Virus record (IMG/VR): IMGVR_UViG_3300026088_000016
Location: 1 to 64,000 of that record
From: a virus
Lineage: Duplodnaviria; Caudoviricetes
DNA length: 64,000 nt
Reading direction: 5' to 3' (one strand)
In this document: one piece after another, positions 16,181 through 25,263 of the stretch
Layout of the letters: each line of letters starts with the position of its first letter
How positions within the stretch are numbered: the first letter of the stretch is position 1
Notes under the pieces: generated by a model
Databases searched by the model: none
Told to the model about the DNA's origin: nothing
The model's input: the letters and a program-made list of their open reading frames with translations, nothing else
Program-made: the position numbers and the translations under genes

Positions 16181-16488
16181 TTGTCCCAAATCCATTTAGG
16201 TTCGCATTGGCGATGATTCGTGCCACTTTGGCGCTGTTTCGTGGTCCAGTCATGGTGGACGAGCCGACGCTTACCACGCGCCGGGAGTCTTGCGGCGCCT
16301 GCCCGCGGAACGAGAACGGCTGGTGTGCGGAATGCACCTGCCTGATTTCTCTCAAGACACAATTTTCAACTGAGGAGTGCCCGCTCGGTATCTGGCGAAA
16401 GAGGTTGACACCTTGGGGCTTCCTCGCAACTTGGATTACACATGCTAGACGATTCAAAGTCCGGTTACAACACCTCCGAATCCGTTAA
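16177..16488 (+). CDS. Cys-rich putative Zn-binding protein (DUF6171-like pattern)
   Basis: RR..CGACP...CAECTC....K......CPLG.W. Confidence 0.65.
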   Translation: MIVPNPFRFALAMIRATLALFRGPVMVDEPTLTTRRESCGACPRNENGWCAECTCLISLKTQFSTEECPLGIWRKRLTPWGFLATWITHARRFKVRLQHLRIR

Positions 16489-18562
16489 TACCACTGGGGG
16501 TATTAACGCTCCGGACTTGTCGCCGGCCGGCAAGCCGCAGCGCCGCGCTCTTTCGAGCATCTCGCAGATGCGGAATCTGATTTCTTCCCTGAAGACTGCC
16601 GCTCGCGAGCGCAACACTCGCAACGCGCGCATCGCGGCGAAATACAACTCGGAGAAACCGCATCGTCAGGAATCTCTCGAAGCGGATGGTCTCGGTTGGA
16701 AAAGCAATTTCACCACGAAGCCGCTGCCGATGCTGATTAACAAAGTCAGCCCGCGCTTGAAGAAGGCGCTCGACGCGGTCAAGTATCTCACCAACTCCAA
16801 ACTTCCTGACGAAGTTCCGGGCGCCGCGGAGAAGACCGAAGCCTTCCGCCGGGAAATTACGACGCTCATTCGCTCACGCCCCGGGTGGAGCGACTTCCTC
16901 ACCGAAATCAGCATGGAAGACGTGCTGTATGGTTTCGCGGCCGTCGCGTGGCTTGATGAATTCGGTTGGATGCCCAAATTTTTCCGACAAGACCAGTTCT
17001 ACGTTCCTACCGGCAACAAGCAGGAAGCAGCCAAGACACAGCTCACCATCCTGAAGGACAAATATCTCATCCACGAATTGTTCTCGATGGTTGAAGACCG
17101 GGAAGCGGCCAAGGCCGCGGGATGGAAAGTCGAGAACACAATTGACGCCATCAACAAGGCGATGCCCGACTACCGCCGGAACAAGTCTGATGGTTGGGAA
17201 CGGGTTTACGAAGACCTGCAACGCGAAGCGAACGTCGGCCTGTCTCACGAAAACGGCGCGATGGTGATTTGTGTCTGGCACCTCTTCGCTCAAGAAGTGG
17301 ACGGGAAAGTTTCGCACTACATCCTGACGGATGAGGGCGCTGGCAAGGACTCGAAGGAGCTCCTGTTTGAGCGCGAAGACCAGTTTGAATCCATGCCCGA
17401 CGCGCTGGCCCTTTTCGCGTTCGAGTATGGCAACGGCACGCTCCACGGTTCCAAGGGAATCGGCCGCGAAGTTTACGCGATGGCGGCGATGCTCGACCGC
17501 GCGCGTAACGAAGTTGTGGACCGGATGAATCTTGCCGGCAAGATTATCATTCAAGGCGACGACAAAGCGCTTCGCCGGTTCAAGATGTCGATTGTCGGTA
17601 ACGCCATTCTCATCGGACAGGGCTATCAGGTGACGGAGCGGAAAATCAATCCGGACATCGAGTCCTACCTTCAGCTCGACCAATTTCTCACCTCTCTTCT
17701 CGACCAGATGGCAGGCGCGGTAACGCCAAAGGCGTTGGAAGGGGAGCGCGTCACAGCAGCGGCAGTAAATCTCCTCGCGAGTCGGGAAGAAGAGTCCCGG
17801 GATACCGTCACAGGCCGGTTTCTCACGCAGTTTGCCACAGCCCAGTCCACGATTCAGAAGCGCATCTGCGACCCCAACGTGTCCGATGAGGACGCGAAGG
17901 CGTTTCAGAAGAAGATGCTCAACATCATGTCGCGCGAGGAGCTCACGCAGATTGCCGGGATGCCGGTTGCGGAGACCGTCGCGGACTACACCACGATTGA
18001 GCGCCAGCAGATTGTTGCCATCGCCGCGGAGAACAAGGGCGACCCGCTTTTCAATCAGAAGGAGCTTCGCCGCCGCTCGATGTCGGCCCAGATTGACGAC
18101 GAATTCGCGAACTCGGTTCTTCTTCCGGATGAAGACCCAACGATTGTCTCCGAGCAGACCCGGCTCCAGCAGATGGAAATGCTTTTGATTGCCGGACAGG
18201 GAACACAGGTTCCAGTTTCTCCGCGCGACAACCACGTCGTCCATCTTGGAATTCTCATGCCGGCGCTCGAACAGGCCGCGCAAGTCACCGCGCAGCAGCC
18301 AGACGGTCTCCCGGTTTTGGAAGCCATCCTCGCGCACGCGCAGGCGCACCTTCAGGGCGCGGAGCAATCCGGCGTTCCCAAGGACCAACTCGCCCCCATC
18401 GCCAAAATCATCAACTCACTCGCTCAAGAGCTCCCGAAGTTGAAACAGATTGCGGACGCTGAACAGGCCGCGCAACAGGCGCAGCAGCAGGTCCAGCTTG
18501 AAGACGCCGCCCATCAGGCCGGCGCCGCCGATGCCGCAGCCGGCAAGCCTCCACAGATTTAA
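16442..18562 (+). CDS. Portal protein
   Basis: 706 aa, mostly helical, between terminase and scaffold; Gln/Ala-rich C-terminal helix as in podovirus portals. Confidence 0.8.
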   Translation: MLDDSKSGYNTSESVNTTGGINAPDLSPAGKPQRRALSSISQMRNLISSLKTAARERNTRNARIAAKYNSEKPHRQESLEADGLGWKSNFTTKPLPMLINKVSPRLKKALDAVKYLTNSKLPDEVPGAAEKTEAFRREITTLIRSRPGWSDFLTEISMEDVLYGFAAVAWLDEFGWMPKFFRQDQFYVPTGNKQEAAKTQLTILKDKYLIHELFSMVEDREAAKAAGWKVENTIDAINKAMPDYRRNKSDGWERVYEDLQREANVGLSHENGAMVICVWHLFAQEVDGKVSHYILTDEGAGKDSKELLFEREDQFESMPDALALFAFEYGNGTLHGSKGIGREVYAMAAMLDRARNEVVDRMNLAGKIIIQGDDKALRRFKMSIVGNAILIGQGYQVTERKINPDIESYLQLDQFLTSLLDQMAGAVTPKALEGERVTAAAVNLLASREEESRDTVTGRFLTQFATAQSTIQKRICDPNVSDEDAKAFQKKMLNIMSREELTQIAGMPVAETVADYTTIERQQIVAIAAENKGDPLFNQKELRRRSMSAQIDDEFANSVLLPDEDPTIVSEQTRLQQMEMLLIAGQGTQVPVSPRDNHVVHLGILMPALEQAAQVTAQQPDGLPVLEAILAHAQAHLQGAEQSGVPKDQLAPIAKIINSLAQELPKLKQIADAEQAAQQAQQQVQLEDAAHQAGAADAAAGKPPQI

Positions 18563-18564
18563 TT

Positions 18565-18912
18565 ATGTCCGAACCTACGACCCCCTCTGCACCCAAGGCC
18601 GCGCCCTCGAAGCCCCATCCTCACTGGGACTCCGACGACTCGCGTGTCCTCCGTCTTTTTCTGGAATCCGACTCGGGTAAGCGCGCTCTCGCGTGGCTGA
18701 AATACTGGAGGCCGGAACTTCTCGACGGGAGTCATCAGATTAAGACGCTCGTGCGAAGCGGGCAGGTGAAGGGTTACGACGACGCAGTGGATAATCTCAA
18801 TTCGCTTGTCCGTGAAAACCCGATTCCGGATGATGGGACCCCTCAGTCAATCGAATACCCCAGTCTCGACGACGATTCCAAGTGGACGGACTCCGAGAAC
18901 GAAAGAAAATAA
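18565..18912 (+). CDS. Small head-associated protein (Bbp19-like position and pattern)
   Basis: LFLESDSGKRALAWL, immediately after the portal. Confidence 0.55.
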   Translation: MSEPTTPSAPKAAPSKPHPHWDSDDSRVLRLFLESDSGKRALAWLKYWRPELLDGSHQIKTLVRSGQVKGYDDAVDNLNSLVRENPIPDDGTPQSIEYPSLDDDSKWTDSENERK

Positions 18913-18915
18913 TTT

Positions 18916-20253
18916 ATGGCAGAAGCTACCACCACCACTGATAATCCTGTTGCCGATTTGGAAATAAACGGCGAAGGCGAACCGAAGACCGTGAGCAACC
19001 CCGATACGGAGTCTGCTCTCAATGACGCTCTACGCGCTGAAGGGTTCAACCCCGACGGCTCCCCGTATGAAGCAAAACCGGCGGACATCACTCCGAAGGA
19101 CAAGAAGGACGAGCCGGTTGTTCCCCCCGCGGCGACGGGCCCCACGGGTCCGACTGGAGTTTCCGCTGGAATCTCCGCAGGCGCGACTGGTGCCACTGGC
19201 GCCCCCGCGGCGACGGGTGCTCCGGCTGACGAATTCGACGCCATCCAGCTCCCTCCGCACACCAAGCCGAAGACCGATGAGTCCTTCACGAAAGTCAAGA
19301 CTCTCGCCCGTCAGCGGATTGCTGAGATTGAAAAAGAGCGCGAAGCGCTCAAGACCAAGCTGGCCGAAGCTGAGAAGCTGGCCAAAGATGGTCTCCCGGT
19401 TGAAGCCAAGAAGGAACTCGAAGAGCTGCGGACCTTCCGCAAGCAGATGGACGTGGAGGCGGACCCCGAGTTCAAGAAGTTTGACGCGACGGTTTCCTCG
19501 AACATTGAGGCGCTGTATTCCAAGCTCGCCGTGAGCGGATTCGAGAAGGCCACCATTGAGGAAATCAAGAAGATGGGCGGTCCCGCGGAAGTGAACTGGG
19601 ACAAGCTCCTCGCCGACGGAAAGATTTCGTCCGGCCTGAAGCGCTTCATCGACGGCAAGCTTTTCGAGAACGATGACCTCGTCGAAAAGAAAAAGCAGGC
19701 GATTGATACCGCCAAGAAGAACGCCACGGAGTTTCTCCAAAAGCGCGAAGCCGAGGTAGCGAAGAGCGCTGACGCTTCTGCCACTGAAGTCCACGAGACG
19801 TGGACCAAGGAAATCATCCCCAAGATGGACTGGCTTCGCACGGAGAAAATCGACGAGAAGATGACTCCGGAGAAGAAGGAAATCGCGGAGGCGCACAACA
19901 AGCTGGTGGCCGACATCGAGTCGGAAATCAAGGAAGCGCTTTCGGACAACAGCCCGCGCATGAAGGCGATGTTGACCGCCGGCTACGCGCAGAGCCGAAA
20001 ACTCCGCTGGGAATTCGACCGGTTGAAATCCGGTTCGGATGCGAAGATTGCCGCGCTGACCAAGGAGCGTGATGAAGCGAAGTCGCTTATCGAACGCATC
20101 AAGAAGGCGTCTCCCGGACGGGTGACAACTTCCGCGCCGCAGAACACGCCCGCGAAGAAAATCACGGCCTCGTCGCATCTCGCAGTTTCGACGGACCAGC
20201 ACCTTGATAACCTCTTGGCCGAAGTCGAAGCCGAGAAGGCCGCGAGGGGCTAA
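18916..20253 (+). CDS. Capsid scaffolding-like protein
   Basis: Acidic low-complexity N-terminus, Lys/Glu coiled coil, upstream of the capsid gene. Confidence 0.7.
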   Translation: MAEATTTTDNPVADLEINGEGEPKTVSNPDTESALNDALRAEGFNPDGSPYEAKPADITPKDKKDEPVVPPAATGPTGPTGVSAGISAGATGATGAPAATGAPADEFDAIQLPPHTKPKTDESFTKVKTLARQRIAEIEKEREALKTKLAEAEKLAKDGLPVEAKKELEELRTFRKQMDVEADPEFKKFDATVSSNIEALYSKLAVSGFEKATIEEIKKMGGPAEVNWDKLLADGKISSGLKRFIDGKLFENDDLVEKKKQAIDTAKKNATEFLQKREAEVAKSADASATEVHETWTKEIIPKMDWLRTEKIDEKMTPEKKEIAEAHNKLVADIESEIKEALSDNSPRMKAMLTAGYAQSRKLRWEFDRLKSGSDAKIAALTKERDEAKSLIERIKKASPGRVTTSAPQNTPAKKITASSHLAVSTDQHLDNLLAEVEAEKAARG

Positions 20254-21071
20254 TGGAAATTCCCCCGGAGACCCTCCGGGAGGGCCGAAATGTTTTCGTT
20301 GCCCTCCCGTGGTATAAGTCTGCCTCGCCGCTGACGACCTTTTCTCTTCTGGCGATGGCAGACCGGACCCGCATGGCGTTCGGTCTTGGCTTCGGGGATG
20401 CGTTCATCGCGCACTCCCGGAACAAGCTGGCCACTCAATTCGTCAACTCCACCTTGGAGTGGATGCTGATGGTGGACGACGACATGGTGTTGCCCTTCGG
20501 CGATGCCAACTGGTTCAACGGGACAACTCAGTTCAAGCTCGACGACAAGTTCGCCGGGCTGCACACCCTCAATCGACTCCTATCTCATGGAAAAACTCTG
20601 GTTGGCGCGCTGTATTTTGGTCGTTGGAAGGCGGGCCATCCAGTCTTTGCCGAGGGCAAGCACATGGAGAAACTACTCCGCTCAGGCGGTCCACGCGATG
20701 AAGTTCGCCCTACCCGGTGGGTTGGAACTGGCACTTGCCTTTTCCACCGCTCGGTTTTTCTGGACGTGGAGCGCGAGTTTCCTCAACTTAGCCGTGAGCA
20801 AAATTCGGGAACTGGTCAATGGTTCACCTCCTCCGAGCACGACCTCGACAAAGCCGTAGCGACCATCATTGAGCGCGGCGAGATTCAGGACATCAAGCAA
20901 CTCCTGAAGGAACTCGAAGAGGCCCGGCGCCGTTCCGCGGTGAACTCGGTTCACGGAATCGGCGAGGACGTTCAGTTCTGCACCCGCGCAGTTCAGGCCG
21001 GGCACCAGCCGCACGTTGACCTTGGCCTTTGGTGTGGTCACGCCGGCAACTGTATCTTCCCACTTCGATGA
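20253..21071 (+). CDS. GT2-like (GT-A) glycosyltransferase
   Basis: SRN, WMLMVDDD, VGTG.CLF.RSVF, GEDVQFC.RA..AG, VD....GH.G. Confidence 0.8.
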   Translation: MEIPPETLREGRNVFVALPWYKSASPLTTFSLLAMADRTRMAFGLGFGDAFIAHSRNKLATQFVNSTLEWMLMVDDDMVLPFGDANWFNGTTQFKLDDKFAGLHTLNRLLSHGKTLVGALYFGRWKAGHPVFAEGKHMEKLLRSGGPRDEVRPTRWVGTGTCLFHRSVFLDVEREFPQLSREQNSGTGQWFTSSEHDLDKAVATIIERGEIQDIKQLLKELEEARRRSAVNSVHGIGEDVQFCTRAVQAGHQPHVDLGLWCGHAGNCIFPLR

Positions 21072-21805
21072 AAGCCGACCACCGAAAAATTCTGTTGGCT
21101 CTTCAGTTCTGGGACGGTGACAAGGCGCAGGCCATGCGCGTGGCCCGGCTCATCGCGGATTTGGAAACGCGCATGAGCGACCGCGCGGACTTTCTCTTCG
21201 TCTCCCGGTTCGACTGCCCGCATGACTTGGATACGATTGGTTACGTCGCGCGCAAGTTCAAAGTCCGGCACCATGTTTCGCGGAGGCGCGCGACCGGCTG
21301 GCCGTTTGGACCGAATGAACTTTGGTTCGAGACGATGCAGTATGCCTACGAGCACACCATCGACGACAAGCGTATTCCAGAATACAAAGCGGTGCTGACG
21401 TTCGAGGCGGACGCGCTCCCGCTCTGTCCAAACTGGATTCCAATGCTCTCGGATGCGTTCGACCAGAGTCAGCCGGCGTGCATCGTCGGCGCGCTCCTGA
21501 AGTATCCCGGGCTTCACGTCAACGGCAACGCTCTCTTTTCCTGCGAGCAGAATTTTTCTCACTGGATTTCCCGTCAGGTGACGGGCTGCACTCCACACGG
21601 CGGATGGGATTACGTGCTGGCGCCGCGGTTCAAAGAGTGGGGCTGGAAAGACTGCGCGCTCATGCGCTCGTGGTGGAAAACCCCCACGCTCCAGCGGGAA
21701 CAATTCGAGCAGCTCCAAGCCCAAGGCGTCGCATTTCTCCACGGCATCAAGGACGGCTCCGCGCTGGACATGGTCCGGGAGAAGTATCGGTTGACTTCCG
21801 TCTGA
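21068..21805 (+). CDS. Glycosyltransferase-like protein (GT-A)
   Basis: VLTFEADALPL (DxD-like), HVNGNA, GWD, FLHGIKD. Confidence 0.55.
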   Translation: MKADHRKILLALQFWDGDKAQAMRVARLIADLETRMSDRADFLFVSRFDCPHDLDTIGYVARKFKVRHHVSRRRATGWPFGPNELWFETMQYAYEHTIDDKRIPEYKAVLTFEADALPLCPNWIPMLSDAFDQSQPACIVGALLKYPGLHVNGNALFSCEQNFSHWISRQVTGCTPHGGWDYVLAPRFKEWGWKDCALMRSWWKTPTLQREQFEQLQAQGVAFLHGIKDGSALDMVREKYRLTSV

Positions 21806-21967
21806 GGAAGTGGGAGACTGCTTTAGCGGGAAGGTTGGATAGACTACCTTCATCAGCGACGTGGATTAGTCTCCACTGAGCACCCGGCCACCGGGGATGA
21901 AATGGGCCGACCTCCGCTCGGTCGCGGTAGGAGCCCAATAAGCACCGAGCCGCGGCCACCAATTTAT

Positions 21968-22113
21968 GGCTGACGGGGAGGAAACGCGGTCCCTACTTCG
22001 CGAGCGGGGGCACGGATTTCTCGCCCGACGCTCCAAAGGCGAACGCTCTCTGCGACGGTGGAGAGAACGCTTAGGACTTCGGGAGAAGTGGGTTCGACTC
22101 CCACCGCCGGCCA
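21968..22113 (+). ncRNA. tRNA-like element with a canonical T-arm and acceptor-like end
   Basis: GTGGG-TTCGACT-CCCAC (22088-22104) followed by CGCCGGCCA, which pairs with GGCTGACG (21968-21975). Confidence 0.6.
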
Positions 22114-22126
22114 TTCTCTTTTCTTC

Positions 22127-22155
22127 TTGACGTTCGGTTTCTCCCCCGCATATTG
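22127..22155 (+). promoter_or_regulatory. Promoter TTGACG-N16-CATATTG for the major capsid gene
   Basis: Matches the motif at 9986-10014. Confidence 0.7.
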
Positions 22156-22159
22156 AAGG

Positions 22160-22312
22160 TGAGACTATTCCCACTGTCTCATGGGACGTTGGAGCCTAAA
22201 ATCCCTCGGAGGCTCGCGAGGGTGCGGTAAGCCATAAGTGGCTTGTGTAACGCCCGTTACACTTAAAACCGGGCATCAACGAAACCCCGAATTCGGCATC
22301 TTCGCCGGATTC
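22160..22312 (+). promoter_or_regulatory. Highly structured 5' leader of the capsid mRNA
   Basis: Five hairpins, three with loop-downstream complementarity; AAAGG SD follows. Confidence 0.6.
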
Positions 22313-22331
22313 CAATTAGAAAGGCCATCTT

Positions 22332-23603
22332 ATGGCTGAATGTGTAGCTCCCGATACGCTGAGTGATATCAGCAAGAAAGACACGAGCCGCCTCGTCGGT
22401 TCTGTCGCCAAGGCCCTCGCGGCCAACTCTCCATTTCTGAACATCCTCGAAGGCGGAACTTTTCCGTCTGGAGTGTCAGATGAAATCCGCAGTTCTGTCC
22501 AGATGCAGGCCGCGCCCGGCGATTCTCTCGCCCTGCCGACCTTCGTTTGCGATACGGACCTCTGCGGCACCGCTGGTCTTCAGGACCTGACGGATTCCGT
22601 GGACTTCACGGCCCGCCTCGAATCGAAGCGCGGCAAGGGTCCCCGGATTTGTATGAAGAAAGGATTTTCTTCCTACAAGACCGCCTACACCGCGGCCGAG
22701 GATTCCCTCAAGAAGCTCGTGACCCAATACATCAACGCGGACATCCGCGCTCAGTTGTATCTGCGTTCCGCTTCCAAGTTCAACGCTGTCGCCAACTACG
22801 ACTTCGACTCGCTGTTTACCGGCGGCTCTGAGACGGACATCGGCGTCAAGTTCGCCCCCATCCTCCCCACGGGCGCCGTCAGCTTCAAGGCGATTCATCG
22901 CATTGCCCGGCACCTGAAGGAGAATCTGTTCGCCGATATGTTCGACGCGAACGGCGAAGGCCAGATGCACTTCCGGTTCATTGGCTCCAGCGACATCATC
23001 GAGTCCCTCCGCAATGAGGCCGATGTCAAAGACGTGCTGCTTTCCTTCGTGAACGGCAGCTACAAGTTCGGCGAAGAGTCCCTCCGGGGCTACTCGTGGG
23101 AAACGGCCGGCGCCTACCGCGGTATCGCGTTCGGTGTTGACCAGCGCCCGCTTCGCGCGACCGGCTTCAACGGCTCCGGCCTGTTGAGCCTCGTGGACCC
23201 GCTGACCATCGTCAGCAACGTGAGCAAGAACACGGCGTATGCCAAGCTGAACCCCTCGTGGGCCGCGGCTGACTACGAAGTGGCCTTCCTGTTCGCGCAG
23301 GGTTCCTTCAAGCGCCTCGTTCCTGAGCGCTATGTTGGTGAAGGCAGCTTCAAATTCGCGCCCCAGCTTCACATGGGTGAACTGGACTGGCACTACCAGA
23401 TGGACAACGACTGTAACCAGTGGGGTGACTTCGGCTGGCACAAGTATCAGATTACTCGTGCTTACCAGCCGTTCCGTCCTCAGTTCGTCGTTCCCATCCT
23501 CTACAAACGCTGCCGCGCCGACCTCGGCCTGAGCGCTTGCACGCCTGACAGCTCTTCGAGCTACACGGGCAACGACACCTTCACGACTGTCGGAGTGTGC
23601 TAA
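22332..23603 (+). CDS. Major capsid protein
   Basis: 423 aa after the scaffold; strong codon bias; own promoter and terminator. Confidence 0.85.
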   Translation: MAECVAPDTLSDISKKDTSRLVGSVAKALAANSPFLNILEGGTFPSGVSDEIRSSVQMQAAPGDSLALPTFVCDTDLCGTAGLQDLTDSVDFTARLESKRGKGPRICMKKGFSSYKTAYTAAEDSLKKLVTQYINADIRAQLYLRSASKFNAVANYDFDSLFTGGSETDIGVKFAPILPTGAVSFKAIHRIARHLKENLFADMFDANGEGQMHFRFIGSSDIIESLRNEADVKDVLLSFVNGSYKFGEESLRGYSWETAGAYRGIAFGVDQRPLRATGFNGSGLLSLVDPLTIVSNVSKNTAYAKLNPSWAAADYEVAFLFAQGSFKRLVPERYVGEGSFKFAPQLHMGELDWHYQMDNDCNQWGDFGWHKYQITRAYQPFRPQFVVPILYKRCRADLGLSACTPDSSSSYTGNDTFTTVGVC

Positions 23604-23629
23604 CCCACACTACCGGTTCGTAGGTAGCG

Positions 23630-23666
23630 GGCCGGGTTCCGTTGCAGAGCGGGACCCGGCCTTTTT
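23630..23666 (+). terminator. Rho-independent terminator after the capsid gene
   Basis: GGCCGGGTTCCG/CGGGACCCGGCC stem followed by TTTTT. Confidence 0.85.
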
Positions 23667-23759
23667 GGTTCTCTGCGGTGACGGTCTCTTCTTTTTTCGG
23701 AAATGCGCGTTGACTTGAAAGTTTACTCGGCCTCCCTTGTCGGGACCGGAGCTCCAGTC

Positions 23760-23915
23760 GTGAATTTGATTTTCGACAATCTCGAACCACTCTTGAAGGC
23801 GCTTGTTCTCATGGGACAAGCGGGTGTGGCTTTCGTCACCATCCTTTACATTTACTCGAAGTGGAAAAACTCTCGGAAGGGACCGCCGAAAGACAACGAC
23901 GAGGAGTCTGAATAA
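23760..23915 (+). CDS. Small single-TM protein, holin-like
   Basis: Hydrophobic [22 protein letters not shown] followed by a charged tail; GTG start assumed. Confidence 0.45.
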   Translation: MNLIFDNLEPLLKALVLMGQAGVAFVTILYIYSKWKNSRKGPPKDNDEESE

Positions 23916-25039
23916 TGTCCTGTTCCACTTGCAGCGGGGATTGCACCTGCAACCAGAGTATCGACGCCACCAACGGGTGCGCGCCGTGCGGCCAATGTCC
24001 CACAAACTCGGCCGATTGCGAAACGCTCCCCAGCGCTCTCCAGAATTTTATTGACGCCTTCTTCGGCTCTGTCACCAAGACCGAAATCAATGGCGAAGTC
24101 GTCTGGACTCTTCCCTGCTCGCTCGACGTCGGGCTCGAAAACAATCCCCGCGGCGCCAACGAAGGGCTCGCGTGCTATTTTCTTCGGCTGTTCTCTGACG
24201 GCCTGCTTGGGCTCACCGGCCCCAAAGGGGAAACCGGCGACAACGGCGCGAACGGACGCAACGCCTACACGATTACGACCCAGTCGTTCGTGACTCCCAC
24301 GGTTTCTTCTCCGAACACGCAGTTCAACGTCATCCCGAATCCGATTCTCGGTGTCGGGCTCGAAATCTTCATCGAAGGTTGCGGATGGCTGGAAATCACG
24401 AGCATTTTTCAGGACCAGACGATTTTTGCGACCCTCATTGCTGCGGTTCCGGTGCAGGAAGTGACGATTCCCGCGGGACGAGTGGTTCTTCCTACAGGTC
24501 CGCGCGGCGCAGGTCTCACGGGCGCGACCGGTCCAACAGGTCCGAAGGGCGACCAAGGTCTTCAGGGCGTCAAGGGTGACGCAGGCGCATCTGGCGCGAC
24601 GGGCCCGACTGGTCCATCTGGCGCGACTGCGACCAGCTCGAATTCTGTCGTCTCTGTCACGGGCGGGTCTGACTACACGATGACGGCATCCTACGCGAAG
24701 CTCGACTTCGGTGTGGTGGACTTGGAAATCACTTTGCCGGCTATCGGGGAATATCTTGTTTTGATTTCTCTGGAGATGCTGAACAACTCGGGCGCGCACC
24801 GTCAGTGGACTTTCAAGCTTTTCAACTTCACGACGACTGCGGACGTTGCGGAGAGCGAGACCCAGCACTGTCTTCTCGACGCGACCGGGACCGTTATCGA
24901 ACAGCGCACCATCTGGGCGCGCGTGGTGACGACCACGGTAAACAACGTCATTCAAGTTTACACCAAATCTTCTGCGGCGACGGCGACCCAGACGATTTAC
25001 CAACTCAATTCTCGAATTGCTTACATCCGGCTTTCGTGA
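23915..25039 (+). CDS. Collagen-like virion fibre protein
   Basis: Cys-rich N-terminus, two Gly-X-Y runs, beta-rich C-terminal head. Confidence 0.75.
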   Translation: MSCSTCSGDCTCNQSIDATNGCAPCGQCPTNSADCETLPSALQNFIDAFFGSVTKTEINGEVVWTLPCSLDVGLENNPRGANEGLACYFLRLFSDGLLGLTGPKGETGDNGANGRNAYTITTQSFVTPTVSSPNTQFNVIPNPILGVGLEIFIEGCGWLEITSIFQDQTIFATLIAAVPVQEVTIPAGRVVLPTGPRGAGLTGATGPTGPKGDQGLQGVKGDAGASGATGPTGPSGATATSSNSVVSVTGGSDYTMTASYAKLDFGVVDLEITLPAIGEYLVLISLEMLNNSGAHRQWTFKLFNFTTTADVAESETQHCLLDATGTVIEQRTIWARVVTTTVNNVIQVYTKSSAATATQTIYQLNSRIAYIRLS

Positions 25040-25263
25040 ACCATACTCTCCCAAAAATCCGTGACACCGCTGGTGATTTTGCTTCTCCTTGCTGTCCTCG
25101 ACCTGAAGGGACGAAAGAGCTCCACAAATACCCGCGCACATTGCCCGCGCGACCCTTCGACCAAGACACGGTTGACGTGCTTCTTGACGAAGACGGAGTC
25201 CCAATCCTCGACGAGCAAACCGGCACAACGATAATCGACGACCTCAGGTTCATCAATGGCTAA
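25036..25263 (+). CDS. Small acidic hypothetical virion protein
   Basis: GTGA overlap; [12 protein letters not shown] motif. Confidence 0.6.
   Translation: MNHTLPKIRDTAGDFASPCCPRPEGTKELHKYPRTLPARPFDQDTVDVLLDEDGVPILDEQTGTTIIDDLRFING

Noticed and set aside
21876-21902. Hammerhead-like CTGAGCA-stem-GATGAAA
   Set aside because: Conserved G8 is C, and there is an insertion before GAAA.
21893-22113. Standard one-piece tmRNA
   Set aside because: The 5' GGGGATG does not pair with the 3' strand after the T-arm; there is no G3-U70 pair and no tag ORF ending in hydrophobic-Ala-Ala.
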